From assembly GCA_018238625.1 (NCBI GenBank), contig JABCSY010000098.1:1-15567 (forward strand): a stretch of DNA of 15,567 bases, given 5' to 3'. The notes beneath the pieces are model-generated. The model searched no databases. It saw only the letters and a list, made by a program, of their open reading frames with translations, and was not told the origin of the DNA. Made by a program: the position numbers and the translations under genes. This document shows, piece by piece, positions 1-7,901 of this stretch (its first letter is position 1; every line of letters starts with the position of its first letter). This DNA comes from Promethearchaeota archaeon. GTDB lineage: Archaea; Asgardarchaeota; Lokiarchaeia; Sigyniarchaeales; SOKP01.

Positions 1-369
1 GTCGATTTAAATGCGATCGTTAATATTGAAGAAAATGTTTTAAAAAATCAAGTTAAAAATACCAGAAATAATTTAATCCAAGCAATCGCTGGAGAGACAT
101 TTGAATTCAAGAAAATGTATAAAGGATTTATGAAAAATGCTAAAAAAAACGATGTTTATTTGGCAGAATTTTCGTTTGATTTAGCAAGAATGGCTGAAAT
201 TGTTCATAGCAAATTGTATATTAAATTTTTAAAAAAACTTGATAAAAAAGAACCTTTTGAAGATATAGATATATTTGTTTGCCGGATTTGTGGAAATGTC
301 GAGCTAAGGAAAATCCCTAAAATTTGCCCTAATTGTGAACACGATCAAAAGTTTTTCATGAAAGTATAA
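1..369 (+). CDS. rbr: Rubrerythrin family protein, 5'-truncated by the window edge
   Basis: Frame 1 is open from base 1 (VDLNAIVNIEENVLKNQVKNTRNNLIQAIAGETFEFKKMY...), so ATG 115 is internal. It shows the second diiron helix pair (T..NL..AI.GE..E...MY and AExxH) and a C-terminal rubredoxin-like domain (CRICG...CPNC). Confidence 0.9.
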   Translation, partial: VDLNAIVNIEENVLKNQVKNTRNNLIQAIAGETFEFKKMYKGFMKNAKKNDVYLAEFSFDLARMAEIVHSKLYIKFLKKLDKKEPFEDIDIFVCRICGNVELRKIPKICPNCEHDQKFFMKV

Positions 370-408
370 TTATTAAAAAGAAGTTTATAGAAAGAACTCT
401 AAAAAATG

Positions 409-1116
409 TTATATCGGAACTAGCTGCTCTAACCATAATCCGATAACAAAGGATGCTAAAAAAGCTACAACTCCAATGACGACCATTTCTAAGCCTCCTT
501 TTATGGCTGATTCACCAGTAACTTTTGTTTTTAAACCTCCAACGATGAAAAGAGAACTAAGAGATAAAATTGAAGAAAAGAGAAGCGAAATCACTCCTAA
601 ATTTAGAAAATAAGGTAATTGAGGGATCAGGGCTCCAAAAACAAAAGAAAAAAAAGTTAATAACGCTCCTATAATTGGATTTTCAGTTTCTTCTAAACCT
701 AATTCGTTTTTTATTAAAAATTCTAACCATTTATCCTCGTTTGCCGTAATAGATTCTACACATGGATTTAAAATCTCTTCTTTTATCCCCATTTTTTTGA
801 AGATATCTCTTACTTCTTCCTTCTCTTCTTCAGGAAAAAGCAAAATTTCAGCTTTCTCTCTTTTAATTTCATTTTTAACATAATTATATTCAGATTTGGA
901 TGAAATATATTCACCAAGTCCCATACTTACAGCTCCGGATACCATTGCTGCAATTCCAGTTAATATTACGATAGTATTATCCCCACTTTTTATTAAAGTT
1001 GCTGCAGCAACGCCTACTAATAATGTAAATGTTGAAATGAGTCCATCGTTCAAACCAAGAATTACACTGCGAATCTTACCGCCGCCTTTTATATGTTCTT
1101 CCTTTCTTTCTGACAT
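409..1116 (-). CDS. VIT1/CCC1 family Fe2+/Mn2+ transporter
   Basis: Signature motifs IRSVILGLNDGL and AGAVSM-like SGAVSMGLGEYIS, a Glu-rich cytosolic metal-binding segment (EIKREKAEI..FPEEEKEEV) and about five hydrophobic segments. Confidence 0.93.
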   Translation of the reverse strand: MSERKEEHIKGGGKIRSVILGLNDGLISTFTLLVGVAAATLIKSGDNTIVILTGIAAMVSGAVSMGLGEYISSKSEYNYVKNEIKREKAEILLFPEEEKEEVRDIFKKMGIKEEILNPCVESITANEDKWLEFLIKNELGLEETENPIIGALLTFFSFVFGALIPQLPYFLNLGVISLLFSSILSLSSLFIVGGLKTKVTGESAIKGGLEMVVIGVVAFLASFVIGLWLEQLVPI

Positions 1117-1142
1117 AATAAATAATTTATTGGAAGTATTTA

Positions 1143-1180
1143 CACAAAAAATTTTGTGATGATTTAAAAAATTAAATCAT
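1143..1180. promoter_or_regulatory. Two abutting inverted repeats in the divergent VIT1/dehydrogenase promoter region (candidate operator)
   Basis: CACAAAA-aa-TTTTGTG (1143-1158) is directly followed by ATGATTTAA-aaaa-TTAAATCAT (1159-1180). The regulatory role is inferred from position. Confidence 0.35.
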
Positions 1181-1274
1181 TTGTAAAATAAAAAATGCAA
1201 TATTAATATTTGAAAAACTAATTTATATTTAAGAATTCACAACAATTAATCATTACTTGAGAAGAGATTGAAAA

Positions 1275-2255
1275 ATGAAAGCTGCCGTTTTTGTAGATGT
1301 TAAAAAAATTACTTACAAAGAAGATTATCCTACACCAACTCCTGGACCAGATGATGTTATAGTGAAAGTACATTACTGTGGAATATGTGGAAGCGATGTT
1401 ACTAATTTTAAAATCAAAATGTATCAAGTGCCATTAATTATGGGACATGAGTTCGCAGGAGAGGTTGTCGAACTCGGAAAGAACATTACAAATGTTGAAA
1501 TAGGCGATAAAGTTTGTGGAATTAATGTTTTATTAGATATTAGCCAAGGGCAGTTAGATGGAATGGGTATCTTTAAGGACGGTGGATTTGCAGAATTCGT
1601 TCGGGTACCTAAAAAATATCTATTCAATATTCCTAAATCTGTTTCAATTAAAGAAGCAATAATGATAGAATCGTTTTCTAATGCAGTAAGAGGGACAAAA
1701 TTATCTAAAATCACTTCAAATCAAAATATAATTATCATTGGCGGAGGAAATATAGGTCTTTGCTTTTTAAATTATTTAGTTAGTGAAAGAGATCCCAATT
1801 ATATAGTTGTAATTGAACCTCAAAAATTTTTAAGAGAAAAAGCTAAAGAAATGGGCGCAACAGAATCGTTTCCCCCTACCATGGTCAAAATTAATAAATT
1901 TATTAAAAAATTTGGCAAACCTTCTTTTATATTTGACTGCGCAGGGAACGAGCGATCCTTACTTATGGCAATTGATTTGATAAAGCGCGGAGGGACCGTA
2001 TTATTGGAAGGTGTACATAAAGGACGTATTTCCTTCCCAATGTTCTTAATAAACTCTAAAGAAGTATGCTTGAAAGGAGTTCTTGGTCATGATCGAGACG
2101 ATATAATTGCGTCTTTAAAATTTTTTGCTCAAAATAAGATAAAAGCAGAAAAACTTATTTCACACGTAATACCGATACAAGATATACAACAAGCATTTGA
2201 AAAGTTCCTTGAACCGGGCGAAAGAAATTTTATTAAAATAGCAATTAAATTATAA
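1275..2255 (+). CDS. Zn-dependent alcohol dehydrogenase (MDR superfamily, threonine/sorbitol dehydrogenase-like)
   Basis: Catalytic Zn motifs CGICGSD and GHEFAGEVVELG, Rossmann motif IIGGGNIG, acidic residue after beta-2 (VVIEP, suggesting NAD preference) and IFDCAG. The substrate cannot be assigned. Confidence 0.9.
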   Translation: MKAAVFVDVKKITYKEDYPTPTPGPDDVIVKVHYCGICGSDVTNFKIKMYQVPLIMGHEFAGEVVELGKNITNVEIGDKVCGINVLLDISQGQLDGMGIFKDGGFAEFVRVPKKYLFNIPKSVSIKEAIMIESFSNAVRGTKLSKITSNQNIIIIGGGNIGLCFLNYLVSERDPNYIVVIEPQKFLREKAKEMGATESFPPTMVKINKFIKKFGKPSFIFDCAGNERSLLMAIDLIKRGGTVLLEGVHKGRISFPMFLINSKEVCLKGVLGHDRDDIIASLKFFAQNKIKAEKLISHVIPIQDIQQAFEKFLEPGERNFIKIAIKL

Positions 2256-2265
2256 GACCAAAATC

Positions 2266-2778
2266 TTATTCTACTATTTTTAGAGCATATTTAGCTATCA
2301 TTTCAAAAGATTTCTCGACATTTTCACCATTCTTAGCCGATGTATGAAAAATTAATCTAGCATTTATTCTTTTTCCTACGATTTCTACATCGTTTTCAGA
2401 AATGTCTGAATTAAGATCTGATTTATTAGCTAGTAAGATTATTGGAACCTCAGCACAATATTTTTTCATATCTGGGCTCCAAAATTGTACTATTTGTTCA
2501 AAAGTATTTCTTCTCGCGAGATCTCCAACAATTAAAGCACCATGAGTCCCTCTATAATATAAATGTCTCATTTTTATCCATTTTTCTTGGCCAGCTATAT
2601 CCCAAATTTGAATTGAGACTTTTTTATCTGAGTTTAGCTCTAACTTTTTAATAAACATGTTTGTTCCTATTGATGCTCGATAATCTTCAGTAAAGTGACC
2701 AGAAACGAATTTTTTTACTAAACTCGTCTTACCGACTCCAGCTTCTCCAATTATTATTACTTTAATACGATAAACCAT
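2266..2778 (-). CDS. Rab-like small GTPase (Ras superfamily, eukaryotic signature protein)
   Basis: G1 GEAGVGKTS, switch I YRASIG, G3 WDIAGQE, YYRGT, G4 NKSD, G5 TSAK. The start is probably ATG 2778 (MVYRIKVIIIG); the ORF track start at 2823 is an alternative. Confidence 0.93.
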   Translation of the reverse strand: MVYRIKVIIIGEAGVGKTSLVKKFVSGHFTEDYRASIGTNMFIKKLELNSDKKVSIQIWDIAGQEKWIKMRHLYYRGTHGALIVGDLARRNTFEQIVQFWSPDMKKYCAEVPIILLANKSDLNSDISENDVEIVGKRINARLIFHTSAKNGENVEKSFEMIAKYALKIVE

Positions 2779-3118
2779 CTTTATTAAAGAATTTGTTTTC
2801 GAACCTATATATATTTCTATCATTAATTTATAACATCAAAATTTTAAGGTTTTTTCAACTCTTATTTTTTCAAATTTAAAGATTCAAAAACTTAACTTAA
2901 AATAAAGATAGAAGCTTTAACTTGAGAAATGAAGATGGAATAAGGACTTTTTGTAAGTTAAGAGATGAATATGGGGCAAAATGAGTTAATATTTCTTATG
3001 TTGGCCTCGTTTAAACTAATAGAAACGATATTAAAAAAATGAGGGTTTTTTTGTTCTTTAAATAGATATGCAATAATTAGATAGTAAGAAATTATTTAGG
3101 TTTTAAAAGGTAAATACT

Positions 3119-3733
3119 ATGTTAAATAATCCAGAGGATCCATATTTAGAATTAGAATCAGAGGAGCTTTTCCTTGAATGGTATAAAATTGAGGGTGTAA
3201 GAAATATAACTGAACTTTCACGTCAAGTTCGAACCCTCTTAAACTATAAGACTGAAACTATAAAATATAGATTTCGATCCAATGAAAATACTTCAATAAA
3301 ACAAACAAATACAAAATTTTTCAATCTTAAACAGAAGTTTGAGTCTTTAGCGCTAAGATTTATTATCCTTCTTAGGAGTATTAAAGAAACAGCAAGAACA
3401 CTTGAAGAAGGAATCCAATCTCTATTATTTCACTCTGAAAAATCACGCTTAAAAATGTTAGAAGAAATTACTGACCAAATTTTTGTACAAATCCATTATT
3501 TTTCTGAAGAAAACCTTCACGATCATCCGGTCTTTCTTAGATTATTGGTTAAACTAACGCAAGAAGCCTGTTTGGTAAAAAAATGTATAATTACGCAATC
3601 TTCTAAATTCTTTGAGGAGCTTGGTAAAAATTATTTCAATTTAGAAAAGGAACTAAATATTTTAATTCCTTATAAAAAACCTGAAGAGAAGATTATGAAA
3701 GAAAAACAGCATTATGAGGTATTAACCTCGTGA
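3119..3733 (+). CDS. Hypothetical protein, 204 aa, predicted all-helical and soluble
   Basis: Long ORF in AT-rich DNA whose stop overlaps the GTG start of the next gene (GTGA at 3730-3733). No motif recognised. Confidence 0.75.
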   Translation: MLNNPEDPYLELESEELFLEWYKIEGVRNITELSRQVRTLLNYKTETIKYRFRSNENTSIKQTNTKFFNLKQKFESLALRFIILLRSIKETARTLEEGIQSLLFHSEKSRLKMLEEITDQIFVQIHYFSEENLHDHPVFLRLLVKLTQEACLVKKCIITQSSKFFEELGKNYFNLEKELNILIPYKKPEEKIMKEKQHYEVLTS

Positions 3734-6507
3734 AAGCATATAATAAGGTGACCAGAAAGACAGTAGGGGAGGATCGTATCGCAATCTGTCCAAAGTTTGG
3801 ATGCGAGTCAATTACACGAGTTAAACCTCTTAAATTTGGTTTTCTTGGTTTTGGTAAATATCCAAAATGTAAGAAACACCACATTCCTCTAGTCTATGTT
3901 GATGAAAGGATCGGAGATTTCGTTGATGCTGCACTTGCTTGCCTGTTTGACAGAGCGGGACTTCCTCCAAACGATTTACTCAAGATTATAAACACGAAAT
4001 TCCCTAAGGACTTGAAAACATTTATACAGGGCTGGATTTATTGTATCACAGTCGGAAGGGGGGCTCGTATTGTTTCACTTTATATGGATTCCATTTCCAA
4101 TGCTTACCTTAAACAGCTAACCAAGAAACAAATTAAAAATCTTAAAAAAGAATCTCAATCAAATATTAATAGGATATCTCAAGCAATAAGGAATGGAATG
4201 AATGAAATCACGAATCAATATACACGACTTCTCAAGCACCTTCGAACTCATTCCGAGGTCCTTATAGAGCTTGATCAACTCAAACCACTTTCTAATGATC
4301 TTAGAAAAGTTCTACTTGCTTGGCAAAAAATCACTCTAAAAGAGAGTTTGATATTGCATACAGTAGAAAGCAAACGTGAAATTTCACTTGCAGAAACAAA
4401 AACTTACTATGACCAAATCCTCAATGTTGGTGTATGTAGGTGCCTTCTTGGATATTCCCCAGAAAGTAGAGAAGTCCAGAAAAGTGGATTGACCGCTTTT
4501 GATAGATTTTCTGCTTATTATGATTTTTACTTGGAAGAATTAACTGAGAAATTTACAAAATCTGATATTGAAGGGCTTATCCAAACTAACAATAATATTC
4601 AAGAGTCCATCAATAAAGACATCGAAATACCTGAACTCCTAAAAAGGAAATATCATTTTCTATTAAACCCTAAATTGGTAACTGCTTTTATTCTATACAC
4701 TAAGCATTCTAACAATTTAGGAGAGAATAAATCTCCCAATTTTGGAACTCGATATATTACTAAAGATTTTAAGAATTGGCTTGATAACAAAGAAAATTCC
4801 CAAGAATTACAAAAAATTTGTATTTCTATCATAAAAAGAAATGAAATCAAAAATTTCATTATTGACTTAATTCAAACGACTAATCTAAATCAAACACAGA
4901 TAGTAGAGGTTTTGAACAACCTTGGGTTATCGTTTAATCTTGAGACAATTAAGAATGTTGCACTAAAGTATATTTATCAAGGGAATATGAAATTGTATTC
5001 TAAGAGATTTCCAAGAGGTCTACATAGAAGGGAAAGAATAGTAATAACTAAGTCTGTTTCTAAAGATTATGACATTCCTGGAGTTAAAGCCCCTCAAATT
5101 TTTATATACGATAATAAATTTAGATTATCAATTAATTTTATTAAAACATTAAGCGAAATTACCTATAACTTACTATTAAGGTCTGGTTTAAAAGATAAAC
5201 AGGATATTTTCAAAGAAAATATTAGTATTGAAAAAAAAGTGAAAAATTATATCAAGATTAATAATATATTAGACCATTCCCCTATAAATAATCCCCGATT
5301 CAAGCAATTTCTTGATAAAACAATAAAAGACTTTACTGTTATTATAAGTAGCCTAGTGATATATAACGAAAAATCTAAGGGAGAACTATTCAAACTAAAA
5401 AGTTTTGCTCAAGAGTTGATTAAGAGAAATTATAATTTAGAATCAGCTTTGGTTACGTTAAGATCAAAAATCTTACCAGAGATTATAGACCACTTGAACC
5501 ATATCTTTACAGATTTTAATTTAAAAAAGTTAAGCAAAAGAATATTGGAGCAAGATGAAATAGGAAAAGTATGTGGGTATTGTGGTATAAAAAAACCATG
5601 GAGCGAATTTCAAAAAATATCTAAGGGAGGATATGTGTCTAAATGTAAAAAATGCACAAGTATATATGGTGAAATTATAAAATATAAAAAAAAATTACGG
5701 TTATTATTTGAACTGCAAAATGGTAGATTTAAGGGTAAATGTTCCACCTCTAATTGTTCAACGGATTTTTTACACCTCCCAGCTTTTGATTTTCATCATC
5801 CTTCTAGGAAAAATAATTCTTGGATTAAATTGTTAAAAAAAAAATATCAAACCCTTAAGGATTTATTGGAAGAAGATGGAGTTTTTCCTCTCTGTAAAAA
5901 TTGTCATGCTCCAAAACAGCAGAGTATCCTTTTAGATTATAAAAATTTAATTCTAAGCCATTATTTGTTTAGAAATAAATCAGGTGAACAAAAAAATAAA
6001 AAAGAAATAAACAATATGATTGATGAAGCCATTTTAAACTATCCTAACCTTAAAAATAAATTAGAAAAAGATTCTCAATATATAGGACATGTAAAATATA
6101 TGATTAAGTCGTGGATTCGAAAACGTGCAATCGTAGAACAGCTTTATGGAGGTAAATGTATAAATTGTGGTGAAACCAATCTTAGTTCCTTAACTTTTCA
6201 CCATATAAATCCTGAAAAGAAAAAGGATATTTCTAGTGGAGCTTTTAGAAAGCTTTCAATTAAGCAATTAGCAAATAAAATGATTCAAGAAGAATGTATA
6301 TGTTTATGTGCGAATTGTCACACGATGATTGAAGCGACTATATTTAGAGAACATTCTGAAGAGATATTCGTAGATATGGAAAAAAAAGAGATATATGTTA
6401 AAAAGATTAACTACTTTTACGAAAAATTGATAAAAAATATTCAAAAGGAACACAAAAGAATTACAAAAGCTTCTCAAAAATTTCCTGTAATTGATTATTT
6501 GGAATAA
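3730..6507 (+). CDS. Large multidomain protein: N-terminal Cys/His Zn-binding module, HTH-like middle, C4 Zn finger and two tandem HNH endonuclease domains
   Basis: CPKFGC...CKKH (aa 20-50); CGYC...CKKC (5572-5655); HNH-1 GKCSTSNC...FDFHHP...LCKNCH (5734-5907); HNH-2 GGKCINCG...LTFHHINP...LCANCH (6148-6321). Confidence 0.8.
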   Translation: MKAYNKVTRKTVGEDRIAICPKFGCESITRVKPLKFGFLGFGKYPKCKKHHIPLVYVDERIGDFVDAALACLFDRAGLPPNDLLKIINTKFPKDLKTFIQGWIYCITVGRGARIVSLYMDSISNAYLKQLTKKQIKNLKKESQSNINRISQAIRNGMNEITNQYTRLLKHLRTHSEVLIELDQLKPLSNDLRKVLLAWQKITLKESLILHTVESKREISLAETKTYYDQILNVGVCRCLLGYSPESREVQKSGLTAFDRFSAYYDFYLEELTEKFTKSDIEGLIQTNNNIQESINKDIEIPELLKRKYHFLLNPKLVTAFILYTKHSNNLGENKSPNFGTRYITKDFKNWLDNKENSQELQKICISIIKRNEIKNFIIDLIQTTNLNQTQIVEVLNNLGLSFNLETIKNVALKYIYQGNMKLYSKRFPRGLHRRERIVITKSVSKDYDIPGVKAPQIFIYDNKFRLSINFIKTLSEITYNLLLRSGLKDKQDIFKENISIEKKVKNYIKINNILDHSPINNPRFKQFLDKTIKDFTVIISSLVIYNEKSKGELFKLKSFAQELIKRNYNLESALVTLRSKILPEIIDHLNHIFTDFNLKKLSKRILEQDEIGKVCGYCGIKKPWSEFQKISKGGYVSKCKKCTSIYGEIIKYKKKLRLLFELQNGRFKGKCSTSNCSTDFLHLPAFDFHHPSRKNNSWIKLLKKKYQTLKDLLEEDGVFPLCKNCHAPKQQSILLDYKNLILSHYLFRNKSGEQKNKKEINNMIDEAILNYPNLKNKLEKDSQYIGHVKYMIKSWIRKRAIVEQLYGGKCINCGETNLSSLTFHHINPEKKKDISSGAFRKLSIKQLANKMIQEECICLCANCHTMIEATIFREHSEEIFVDMEKKEIYVKKINYFYEKLIKNIQKEHKRITKASQKFPVIDYLE

Positions 6508-6637
6508 AAGTTTGGATAAATCTTTAAAAAGTAATCAGATATTTAATTATTTAGTTAGATAGATTTTGAAGATATTGGTATATCCAAAAGGTTAATGGAA
6601 AATATTCTATACGGCTCTTATCTGCTAAAAAAAAAAT

Positions 6638-6652
6638 AGAAAGTTTTTTATA
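6638..6652 (+). promoter_or_regulatory. Putative archaeal BRE/TATA promoter of the deacetylase gene
   Basis: Purine-rich AGAAAG followed by TTTTTTATA about 40 nt upstream of ATG 6691. Similar elements precede 1275 (GAAAAACTAATTTATAT), 7902 (TTTTTATAT) and 8951 (GGAAAATTATTTATAT). The AT-rich background lowers specificity. Confidence 0.4.
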
Positions 6653-6690
6653 GTAGTATAATAAAAAATCATTATTCAATAGTTTAAAAA

Positions 6691-7788
6691 ATGGTTAAAA
6701 TGAAAACAGGAATAGTATACGATCCAGTATACCTTAGCCACCGGATAGGTTCACATGTTGAAAGTCACGAAAGACTGGTTGGTATTATGGATTTCTTAAA
6801 AGATAAAAAGGTATTGAAAAATCCTAATTTCGAATTAATTCAACCTAGAAAAGCTACTTCCGAACAAATTAAATATGTCCATCAAGAGAGCTTAATTAAC
6901 GAAGTTAAAGAAGTCAGTGAAATAGCTCAAGTTACTGGACATATTCAACAACTTGATATGGATACAGCAGTATCTGCTAAGACTTATGAAGCTTCTTTAT
7001 ACAGCGTTGGAGGTATGTTAAATGGAATCGATGAAATTTTAGATGGTAAAGTTGATAATGTCTTTGCAGCAGTACGTCCTCCAGGACATCACTCAAACGC
7101 CTATAAATGTTCAGGGTTTTGTATATTTAATAACATCGCTATCGCTACAGAGTATCTATTTAGAGAAAAAAATATCAAAAAAGTAGCAATAATCGATTGG
7201 GACTGCCATCATGGTAACGGGACCGCGTCTATTTTCTATGAAGGATCTGACAATGGCGAAATTGTAATGTTTAATTCTCATCAAGACGGCAGAACGCTTT
7301 ATCCTGGTAGCGGTTTTATCGATGAGATAGGTTCAGGGAAAGGGGAGGGAAAAATAATTAATTTTCCTATGCCTCCTAGGGCTGCAGAAGACATAGTACT
7401 AACATATTTTGAAGAAATCATAAACCCAATATGTCAAGAATTTAAACCAGAATTTATCTTGATTTCTGCTGGTTTTGATACTCATTGGACAGATAGATTA
7501 ACCAATATGGGATGGACAATTCAAGGACCCGCAACTTATCTAAAAAACATAAAAACTATGGCAGAAGAATATGCAAATGGAAGAATTTTAATAACATTAG
7601 AAGGGGGATACGAAATCGATAAACAAGCAAAAGCGGTATACAATTGTTTGCAAGTTCTCAATAATAACAATGACAACTTAATTGAAGAAAAACCTAGAAA
7701 ATCTAGTGAAGAAGTTTTAAATTATGTAAATAACAAAATAATCCCCGAATTAAAAGAACATTTAAAACCCTATTGGAATTGCTTTTAA
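6691..7788 (+). CDS. Histone deacetylase family protein (class II-like HDAC/AcuC/AphA, Zn-dependent amidohydrolase)
   Basis: Motifs HVESHERL, RPPGHH, GFCIFNN, DWDCHHGNGT, YPGSG, SAGFDTH and LEGGY; catalytic and metal residues are intact. ATG 6700 is an alternative start. Confidence 0.95.
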   Translation: MVKMKTGIVYDPVYLSHRIGSHVESHERLVGIMDFLKDKKVLKNPNFELIQPRKATSEQIKYVHQESLINEVKEVSEIAQVTGHIQQLDMDTAVSAKTYEASLYSVGGMLNGIDEILDGKVDNVFAAVRPPGHHSNAYKCSGFCIFNNIAIATEYLFREKNIKKVAIIDWDCHHGNGTASIFYEGSDNGEIVMFNSHQDGRTLYPGSGFIDEIGSGKGEGKIINFPMPPRAAEDIVLTYFEEIINPICQEFKPEFILISAGFDTHWTDRLTNMGWTIQGPATYLKNIKTMAEEYANGRILITLEGGYEIDKQAKAVYNCLQVLNNNNDNLIEEKPRKSSEEVLNYVNNKIIPELKEHLKPYWNCF

Positions 7789-7901
7789 TTTTTAAAGTTC
7801 CCCTTCAAAAAATAATTTAAACTAAAATTTTTAAACAAAATCCACTATTAAAGTTACAAACTATAGTAATTTTTATATTTAAACAATAAGAGAAGATAAT
7901 T

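Noticed and set aside
896-2651. Short ORFs 896-1159, 1218-1427, 1424-1714 and 2442-2651
   Set aside because: They are antisense shadows of well-supported genes and have no motifs.
2824-3118. CRISPR-like or guide-RNA array upstream of the HNH cassette
   Set aside because: No regularly spaced repeats were visible here or in 6508-6690, so an RNA-guided mechanism has no support in this window.
5835-5844. A10 homopolymer inside HNH-1 as a phase-variation switch
   Set aside because: It encodes LKKK in frame, and A8-A10 runs occur elsewhere in this AT-rich window.
3074-6560. Terminal repeats or target-site duplication around the cassette (AATTATTTAG near 3089 and 6545; TTAGATAG on both sides)
   Set aside because: The matches are short, AT-rich and in different order on the two sides, and no transposase or integrase is present. 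Not called a mobile element.
6691-7788. HDAC as evidence of eukaryote-like chromatin regulation or as part of the nuclease cassette
   Set aside because: The family is widespread in prokaryotes with non-histone substrates, and the gene has its own promoter-like element 183 nt of intergenic DNA after the cassette.
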